From Hydrurus foetidus (lineage: Eukaryota): 41,953 nucleotides of DNA. The stretch lies in NCBI GenBank assembly GCA_900617105.1, contig UYFQ01000012.1, positions 62,001 through 103,953 of the forward strand. The letters run 5' to 3'. The position numbers and the translations under genes were made by a program. The notes beneath the pieces were generated by a model. The model did no database searches and was not told the DNA's origin. It worked only from the letters and a program-made list of their open reading frames with translations. Positions 32,738-41,953 of this stretch are shown one piece after another (the stretch's first letter is position 1; each line of letters starts with the position of its first letter).

Positions 32738-35700
32738 GTTTTCATTTTATTCACGACTCTATTTCTCATGAACACGATGTCTCCTATTAGCCTATGACTC
32801 ACTCCTTACTGAACTCCTCATCATCTTAACCCCCCTGACCCAATCCCAAGATATGTTCACCCTACATATATTTTTGTTTTCGCAGCCATCGTACGTACCG
32901 GTGTGGACGACAAGATTCAGCAAGTAATGTTCTCCGCTATAACTCTATTAGAAGCCATCTTAACTGCAACCAGAAGGGCGAAACTTAATCGGTGAGTCCG
33001 CATGATTTGATTGATATCGATTCGATGCACAATCGTTCCGTTTCAGTGCTGATTGATGATTGGTGCGTCATCCTTCACCACCTTGTGCACCTACCTCTCA
33101 TGCGGCAGACGCTATCACGAGTGCACATAGGTAGTGGTTCCATTCCATTATTTCCACTCTTACAATTCCATCCGTCCATTCTCCATCCTTGACTATTCAT
33201 TTTTCCCCTCCTTCACTTATCCTCATCCACTCTCCACATCTACTTCTTCTCCTTTTCCATCCACCCTATTCCATTCATCCCTTTCCTCTTTCCCTCCCAT
33301 CCCTTCCTGCCTCTCTCCATCCCTTGACTTCTATCCCTCCTCCTCTCCTTCTCTTTTCCATCTCTTCGTCTCTCAAATCTATCTCTTCTCCTTTCCCCTC
33401 CTCTCCCTTCCCCTTGATTTCATCCCTTCTTCTGTCCCCTCCTCTCTCCCTCCCCCTTGATTTCATCCCTTCCTTTGTCCCCTCCTCTCTCCCTCCCCCT
33501 TGATTTCATCCCTTCTTTGTCCCCTCCCCTCTCTCCCTTCCCCTTGATTTCATCCCTTCCTTTGTCCCCTCCTCTCTCCCTCCCCCTTGATTTCATCCCT
33601 TCCTTTGTCCCCTCCTCTCTCCCTCCCCCTTGATTTCATCCCTTCCTTTGTCCCCTCCTCTCTCCCTTCCCCTTGATTTCATCCCTTCCTTTCTCCCTTT
33701 CAGATCAATAGTAGCGCCACTGATGGACCCTGTGATAGTCATTCTCATCGAAAAACTCTCCGATGGGAACGTACGTATTAGAGACGGAGCGAGAAAAGGA
33801 CTGGAAGTATTGGCAGGTACCTCATTGACTAGATAAGATGTTTAAGTCTACCAGACTGCATGTTGTATATTCAAACAAAAACTTGAAAAGTTAAATTAGA
33901 GAAAAATTTGACTAGTCTTACAGATATAAAATAAAAATTTAGATTAGACACCGCTTTATTTTTATTAGCTGCTGCATTCTGACCAGCACGTTTCTCTCCA
34001 TCCAAGTCCCCCATTTCCTTTCACATTTTTTGCTCTGTGGTGTAATGTGCCACTCCTCCTCTCTTCTACTCTCCCTCCCTCTCTGTCTCTCTCTCCCTGT
34101 CATGCCTCACTCTCTCCCTCCCTCCACTCTCTCACAGCATCGAGTAACATCGGTCCTGGCGTCGTAGGCGGGCACGGACTTAAGACCTTGACTTCCAAGC
34201 AAGCCTCGCTGTGGCGACCCCTGTCTGCCAGACTGCAGCTACTAGCTGATCTAGTAGGTAAGAGTGAGAGGATGTAGAGGGAATGGGTGTGAGGACGGGG
34301 GAAGGGGATTGCAGTTTAGAAGACGCACAAACACACATACTCTCTCTCGATCGGTCAAACTTACCCAAACCTCCTCTCTCACTTCCACTCACCCTGCCGG
34401 CCTGCTTTTCTCTCGTACTGCGTGTTTCTCTTTCTCCTCTCTAACTGCATCTCACCCTGCCTGCTCACTTTCTCTCAACTCGCCTCTCTCTCCATCTCAC
34501 CATGTCTCTCCTGTCTCTTATAGCTACTTACGGTGTGGGTTCAAGCGGGTCCAGTCTATCCACAGAAGCGGTGATGAACTTCGCGAAAGCAGCTGGAGCA
34601 TTCACTCATAGCAACGCTGAAGTGCGCGACTCCGCTAAGGTGAGTACAATCTACTTGAACTCAGGAGAATTGAATGGAGAAGAGTTGCTGCAGTTTGGAC
34701 AGTGCCCTGTTCTCTTTAGAATCCATTCTTTGGTGGCGTGAAGTGCATTTCGCTCCACAGCTTCAATTGCAGTCATGCAACCATTCATTACCGCCCTTCT
34801 TACCCACTTCTACACGGACACGAACATTGACTACAGGAGTTGACCGTAGCCGTGCATTCAGTGGTTGGTCCCGGCCCTATCGACAGCTACCTCAAAAGCC
34901 TCCGAAAGATGCAGCTGGATGAGTACCATGCAGCGTTTGATGGTGCGGTATCAATTAATGCATGAATATTTGCGTGCAAACTTATTAATCAATTATATTG
35001 CAAACTTATTCTGTTTGCGTGCTTCTAACGTTCTAATATTCATTCAGTTTGTCCCTCATTATCTTGTATTCCTCTTTATCGACTGCCAGCTATTCATTGT
35101 TGGGAATAATCTTTAGGACCATTGCTGCAATTTCTATATTCCTTGCTCTTTATATGTCCATTCTAAGACTTGTAATATTCATCTCCTCTAATTAACATGC
35201 ATCCACATCAAATCACATTCCATCACATCAAATCACATTCCATCACATCACATTCCATTCCATTTGGTTATCTGTCGTATCTATCACACATCCTTGATAA
35301 GCAGAGCATCGCATATCATCACTTCACACCTCGTAATAACACAGTACTCCTCCCTCCTCTACTCTCCTCTACTCCTCATTCATCTCGTAGCTGCTGGTGG
35401 ATATGGTAACGGAAATAACGTCAATATCCCTCAGAGAAAACAATCGGAATCCAGCGTATCCGTTCCTCCGAACAAAGGGAAGCAGTCACAAGGACAGGGA
35501 GGACAGGGACAGGGTGGGGGGCAGAATGGGGCCGCGACAAGTTCAAGTACGTATATATTGCTTTAGGTGTTTTTGTGTAGCGATATTTACTAATGTAGTT
35601 CATCGGTTAGGAAGAGTGCACATGATGGCGGGGTCTGCTGATTGTGATAGAGGGTGGAGGAGGAATGAGAGAGAGAGAAGGAAAGAAGAAAAAGAACAGA

Positions 35701-37643
35701 GACAGAGATATCTATGCTTTGACAGTGACAGTGCTCCTTATCGACTGACTTCGTTCAGTGTCTCAAAAAAACATCTAATACGCATCTAATTACTTCCCCT
35801 CTTCTTTTAACGTGATAGCCGCAAAGAATGGTCCGCAAAACGGCCACGGATCAGAAGATGGTGAGTCATAGTAAACAATGCATATTTCTATTCCTTCTCA
35901 TCTCATCTCATCTCATCCTTCCATTTGGTGGACCATTCCTTTATATGACAACATGCGTTGTCTGTTGTTAGTCTCCGTCATCTTACTGCTTTTTTCGAGT
36001 ACTTCTAGACTTTGACATCATCACTGCATACATAGCATGGAGATTAATAACGGGATAACGATGATAAACACAAAAATTGCTGTAACATGGGACATCACCT
36101 TCATCATTAACAGTGCAATAAAATGAATTGCAACTAAACAAAATAATGTGGATAATATTTGTAGAGGAGGAGGTGCCTGACTTCACGCACTGCATGTTCT
36201 GCGGGGACGAGGACAGCAAGTGGAACGAAGACGCACTCGACTTGCACTACTGGAAGGTACGTACAGTGCCGTAGTGTAAAATAAAAGAAAGTAGAGTAGA
36301 GTACAGTTCGGCACAACACAGTGCAGTCAATTCAGTACGGTACAGTGCGGTGTAGCACAGCGCGACTGCTTCCTCTCTCCCTCTCTACCACTATCTCACT
36401 CACTATGACAGTTGTATCATGCGATGCACTGCTAGAGGTAGTGTTAAGTCGAACCAAACCCAGTCATGTCACGTGCCACACTAAGATCTAATTTCGAACG
36501 AGGCATTGCTGCTACTCTGTTTTCCGACTGAAATAGTCAATAGGTTCCAGTAGATACGACCTCCAAGAGAATCAATGATATAACCAGATATCACACACAT
36601 GACGCCTGACTGTGCTGTGCGTTTCGCTTGATTGTGTCGCAGATACTTCCGTATAGTTACATCTATTTGTTGCTTAGTGTCGCTTCAAGACTCAACGGAG
36701 ATGGGATCTGATTTGTTGAAGTGATCGCATGCGTTATGGTCCCTTCTGTCCCTCTCAATCCTAACACACTGCTCCATTCCGATGTACCGACAAGTATCGT
36801 ATAAACCCTTTTGTCCGCTCCTTCACCCCATCTCCCTCACACAGTCAGATGCGCACTCATTCACTCACACTCCCGCATATATGCACGTACTCATATTACC
36901 ATACATTACTAATTAACAGTTCTGGCAGACCAAACACTCCCTCGCAAACACGCATGCATACATTCCCTCTCCCTCACACTCTTCCACTCTCACACGCATT
37001 CTCACCCTCATCCACCCTCTCACTACCCTTCAGGACTGTGCTCTCCTCGCCCCATGTCCCGCATGCGCTCAAGTGGTAGAAGTAGCAGGCATGCCTGAAC
37101 ATCTGTTGGACGAGTGCGACCACAAAGACAGCTACGTACTGTGTGACGTCACAGGTTAGATACACTCCGAAGGGACACTTCTGCTACTTGTTTGCTCTAC
37201 CGCACTCCCATTGAAATTCGCATTCCTGGTGTGCCTGCTAAACCTTCTCTCTGGTCTCATCTGTTTTTACCACTGATGTCACCTACAGCTTGCCACTCAA
37301 TCTTCCTGCCAGTGTCTTATCCGCATTTATTTTCGTTTTGTATGTACGAACTTCAGTAAATCATCTCGGAGCATTGTTTTGATTTTCCATTACTTGCGAT
37401 TTCAATAAATCGTAAATGTCGTGTATTGAAAATGTAAAATACCGCGTATATTTGGTTTCAGGATTGGCTATTAGAGACAGTGAAATGAGTGTATGGACCA
37501 AAAGCAAAAAGTGCGTTGCTGCAGCTGACAGTTGCATGTATTGCCCTTTGTGCTTGGTGTCTGTTGAAGATACGAACGAGGCCTGGAAAGAACATTTAAT
37601 CTGCAACTGTCCGGAAAATAAAAGAGGATCAAGCAGAAAATGA
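29074..37643 (+). CDS. CEP104: Centrosomal/ciliary-tip protein CEP104 (FAP256), many exons
   Basis: Spliced N-terminus MSKLKFRVVHSSSED...KGWQS..FCPFPQELG; QILSHQSKIATKVE; FKRLGYLSLDSNERSSYQARELKTV; EDYDRAKEIK coiled coil; TOG/HEAT exons (FSKTWVLR, IEKLSDGNVRIRD, HSNAEVRDSA); C-terminal zinc fingers CMFC..LDLHYWK, CPACAQVVE..EHLLDEC, CPLC..HLICNC. Confidence 0.93.
33395..33700 (+). repeat. ~43-bp pyrimidine-rich minisatellite (~7 copies) in a CEP104 intron
   Basis: CCCTTGATTTCATCCCTT recurs at about 33411, 33454, 33497, 33541, 33584, 33627 and 33670. Confidence 0.92.
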
Positions 37644-38415
37644 TTTCTTACGGTTTCGTTTTTATCAACTAAACTATTTACATTAATTGTATATTGGAAT
37701 GGATTGAAGAGTTTCGGTCATTATTCCGATCAAATTTGAATATTCGATTTCCTAAATTTGTTATTGTGTAATTGGTAAATTAATCTTACATCATTTATTT
37801 CATACACGGTCAGTGACTTTGTGGTTCTTCAACTCCGAAAAATTATATCATGATTTGATTTAATTTGATTTGATCTGACATATTTTGCGCTCGTGAGAGA
37901 GCTGGAAGAGCACGTAAGGCCAGTACTGTGCTACATTTTCTATCGGATGAGTCTTTGATGAGATAGCCTCGGAAATAGGTGATGTACGTATCTTCAAGGA
38001 GAGGAATTTAAAGTTGAATCGTTACGCGAGAATGTGAAAATATTAATTCATTAGTAGAGAGAATCACACTAAACTCCTCAGTCAATCTTGCAGCTAAACT
38101 TCAGTAGCATTCCATCTTCAAGAAGGTTATCAAGTAGATGGTATTCCTGAAAATTAGCTTGAATAATCATTTTTTTGAAAAAATTGTATTTCCTGAAAAT
38201 TTAATGCTGTCTGGCGTCTGGCCTCTTGCTCTGGCCTCTGGCTGGTAAGGTTTTCCAGCTCTGGATACCATAACTCCCGTTGCTCACCGATTGCTACGTT
38301 GACAAGGACAACTTTTTGACCATTAACTACGTGTCGTTACTGATTTTTGCACACCAATCGAGTTGCTCATGCTGTAATTGAACGAGCAGTTGAATTGATC
38401 ATCAAAAAAGTCTAC

Positions 38416-40005
38416 ATGTCTACAAATATGTCGGTGCACGAGTATGAGTCATTGCTCCCTCATGTCAATGACGTCGCAACAGATGTTGTGAATCCTTTGG
38501 AGGATAACGAGAAACGCGAGAAGAATATCCCACAGTTCTACTTTTGTATACCACTCAGTTGGATTGGTGTAAACGGGGTAACAATGGACAATACACCCTT
38601 TGCGACAGTAATTCTCCTCCTGAACAATATGATTGGGTCTGGAATTCTAGTTCAGGCGTATGTATTCAGAGAAACTGGAATTGTCCTCGCATTATTTGAG
38701 TACATACTTGTTGGTTTGATGACTTACACTGGTGTTGACTTGATGATCAGATCAGCTGAACATGAACAAATTTTTGGGTTTAGTGAGCTTGCGGAAAAGG
38801 CACTTGGAAAATACGGTGCTATAGCTGTGGATACCAGGTGAGTTATCTGTTAGAATGGGTTTATCGAAAGGAAGTTCTAGGTATTCACTGATCCTCAAAA
38901 TTGTTTTGTGCAGCATTGCAGTCGGCATGTTCGGTGCAATTTTATCGTACATCATCATTATTGGCTCTTTGTCTGAGAGCGTAATGCTGACATTTATGAG
39001 CCCTCATTGGTATACCACATCGACCTTCTGGTCGATCGCTCTCGTCAGTACCTTCGTATTGCCGATGTCCTGCATCCGTCACTTTGGACACCTCGCCATT
39101 GTGTCGTACGCATCCATAGTCACAATCGGACTTACGATGTTGCTCGTACTGATTGTTGGGACGCTAAGTTTTCGATCAAATCAGAGTGACCCGGTTAATT
39201 ATGGTTCTACAGTGGGTGCGTTTGACATGATAGGAACTGTTGTTTTCGCGTTCAACTTCTGTTCCGCGATATTTCATGCGTATGAGGGAATTAGAGTAGA
39301 AGACAGAAATGTAAAAACGTTCTCAGGAATAACGCAGTTAACAACATTTCTGGGCGTGTCGGTTTCGTTTGTATTCGGACTTGTTGGTTACTTATCATTC
39401 CGATCAGGTGAGAATGACGTACGTACGTGTGATGTGCGTCTGCATGTACCTCATCTCCTTGCCTGTGCCTACTTCAGCATCATATAACTTCAGGTACCAT
39501 GCCATCTCAGACACACCACTCTGTCTAATATCTCATTTTTATTCATGCCAATCGAACAGACACTGACGTGGACATTCTGACAAATTTCACGGGCATAGTA
39601 GGAACAGTATTTAAATTAATTTTCGTAATTCACTTGGTACTGTACATACCGGGTGACTACGTGATTATGCGGCACTCAGGTTTCAAGGTGTGTGGGTGTG
39701 ACCCATCGACAGTAGATGAGGTTTCTTTCTTCACCACTACTTTACTCGTCTTAGGCACAGCGACTTTCTTGTCATGTTTGATTCAGATATTCTTTTCCAC
39801 GAGTTACAGTCTAGCCCTTGTGCTTGGTTTGACTGGTGGTATCGCGAATAGTATATTTTGCTTCATCATTCCAGCCCTTCTGGCGATAACATTGATTCCT
39901 CACGATCAAAGCGCTTTTCTTTCCGCTCTAGTTCTACTTGTTTTCGGATGTTCCATTCCCTTCCTCGTGATAGCAAGTATCATCATGCAATTTTCCCCGC
40001 AATAA
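38416..40005 (+). CDS. Amino-acid/auxin permease (Aa_trans, SLC38-like) transporter, 3 exons
   Basis: Exons 38416-38837, 38914-39407 and 39560-40005; LLNNMIGSGIL, FAFN, FGLVGYLSF, LGLTGG..FCFIIPALL; multiple TM segments. Confidence 0.9.
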
Positions 40006-40279
40006 AAGAACACAACAATTATTCATGAAGCAGTAAACATATATAAAACAGTACAATTGTTTACAATACAATACAAAACAATCATCAAGATTATTTATAA
40101 AAAATACAGTTATTACGCCATCAAGCAGAATAATTATTAACGCCATTTTGAAGTTAGCCTGTATATTAGTTGTTTATGAATATAGCAACCAATTAGTCTT
40201 CGACAAATTTGATCGCTTACATATTTTTATTTCAAAGTTTGTGTATTTGTACTAGTAGAGAGCTGTATACGCCATGTGT

Positions 40280-40965
40280 ATCATTTCTTTCCATACCATA
40301 ACTAGCCACATTACATCATACCATACTACACTATATTATACTACAGCGCTACATACTGCACCACACTATACCATACCATACTATAATCATATCATACATA
40401 TTCCATACCATATATATATTCATACCATATATCATACCATATCATACTATACCATATCATTATATTATTCTATATCTATATCATTTATCATTATACATAT
40501 ATTATACCATATTATTTCTACACCATATCATATTATATCATTTTATTATTATATATCATTCTACACCATTATATCATTCTATATCATTCTACATCATATC
40601 ATACCATACCATTCTCTACACCATATCATTCTACACCATATCATTCTACATCATATCATTCTATATCATTCTACACCATATCATACCATATCATTCTACA
40701 CCATATCATTCTACACCATATCATACCATATCATTCTACACCATATCATACCATATTCTACACCATATCATTCTACACCATATCATTCTACACCATATCA
40801 TACCATACTATCTACACCATATTCACCATATCATTCTACATCATATCATTCTACACCATATCATTCTACACCATATCGCACCAACTAATACCGCACTTTA
40901 CAACAAATATCGCACCAACTCATATCAAACAACACCATATCATACTTCACAATGCCACACCACAC
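40280..40965. repeat. Low-complexity pentamer-derived tandem repeat, with a 15-bp unit ACCATATCATTCTAC in about 40545-40875
   Basis: Directly visible; nearly G-free plus strand. Confidence 0.93.
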
Positions 40966-41627
40966 CATATACATGACAGTGCACTTCGCGCATGCAACAG
41001 TGAAATTCAATATTTGGCTTAAGCATTCAACTCAATTTTTTTAATTCAACTCGATTCAATTAAACCGTGGTACGCACGATTGCTCTTGCTCGTACTCACG
41101 AATGTTGTCTACGCGTCTGAACTAGTCAAATTTCGATTTAATCTTTCTGTTGGAGCAAAATTACCTGAGTACTAATTTTATCCGAGAAGTTATCTAATGT
41201 TGCGGTGGGAGTAGTCGTCTGCAAAGAGTTCCAAAGATATCTGGAATGTGTCGTCAATCAATCACAAGGTAGCCCAAAAGTCTGATACCTCACTTTCATC
41301 CATTTCTAGAGGTGAAGGGCATTTCCTCCTATTTCTATTCGGTAGGAGTTGACAACAAAATACAAAATAATATTTTAAAATAATGGTCGTCATTCGTCGT
41401 ACAACACTGTAACCGTACCGTATCTACCCCGGTTCGCGGTATAATGTTACAGGATACTGCACATACCCTCTGATCGATCGATCACTTCAATCAAGAGAGA
41501 CTTCAGACTTCATTGGAAATGTGTTACATTTCTGCTTGCTCAGACCCTTTCAGGTCAACTTTGACCATTGCTGCAGGTGTTACAGGGCATATTTTGTCCG
41601 CTAGCTTCGCGCCAAATCGTGCCAAAA

Positions 41628-41953
41628 ATGATTTCGGACCTTCTTGGCATAACATATTCAGAATTCGACAACACAGTTGGTCCCAAGCTGCTATACACAT
41701 ACCCTCTTGAAGTCATGTCACGAGAAAGATTTGAGGAGGTACAAATGATTCACTTGCTTCTGCGGTGCATTTCCTATCTCACACAGTCTACTCCATGAAT
41801 CTACAGCTTTCTGACTACGTAATTGTCGGAAAACATTTGTGCAAAAAGATTATCATCATCAAGAACGAGGACATTCAGTACATGAATTATTCGATTGCTA
41901 TTGAGAATGCGAAATACTTCCGAAATTCTCTTCTAATTAGCCTGGGCTTCATT
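41628..41953 (+). CDS. NPRL2: Nitrogen permease regulator 2-like (GATOR1 subunit), 5' part, runs off the window
   Basis: Exon 41628-41738 gives GITYSEFDNTVGPKLLYTYP..MSRERFEE; intron 41739-41806; then LSDYVIVGKHLC...IENAKYFRNSLLISLGF, matching the NPR2 longin domain. Confidence 0.88.

Noticed and set aside
33395..33700. CRISPR-like regularly spaced repeats
   Set aside because: Head-to-tail minisatellite without unique spacers, in a eukaryotic intron, with no cas genes
40274..40888. 204-aa His/Tyr/Ile-rich ORF
   Set aside because: Translation of a G-poor tandem repeat that lacks stops by composition
38416..41953. Amino-acid transporter adjacent to NPRL2 as a functional nitrogen-sensing cluster
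   Set aside because: Two-gene adjacency in a eukaryote is weak evidence without conserved synteny or co-expression

Overview
Eukaryotic nuclear DNA (GT-AG introns) from a photosynthetic, probably flagellated ochrophyte stramenopile. Fucoxanthin-chlorophyll proteins with ASAFAP presequences and CEP104 support this; a chrysophyte-like host is only a guess. From left to right: a ~5.5-kb element with split direct repeats (A...B-A-spacer-B, TOC1/PAT/Ngaro architecture) that has no recognisable ORFs but carries a tRNA-like sequence; a defective PIF/Harbinger-type DNA transposon; a p24/GOLD gene; four near-identical Lhcf/FCP genes arranged as two divergent pairs inside a 4.7-kb palindrome; PCID2; a small acidic two-exon gene missed by the ORF track; a young full-length Ty1/Copia element inserted in the divergent promoter between that gene and a CobW/ZNG1 GTPase; CEP104 with repeat-expanded introns; an AAAP amino-acid transporter; a simple-repeat tract; and the 5' end of NPRL2. 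The most notable signals are: (i) the Copia has TG...GA termini and a non-TGG primer-binding site that is exactly complementary to an 11-mer inside its own LTR, so it may self-prime like Tf1 or use a tRNA-Arg half molecule; (ii) the non-autonomous split-direct-repeat element; (iii) the nested FCP palindrome. All calls were made by eye without database searches.
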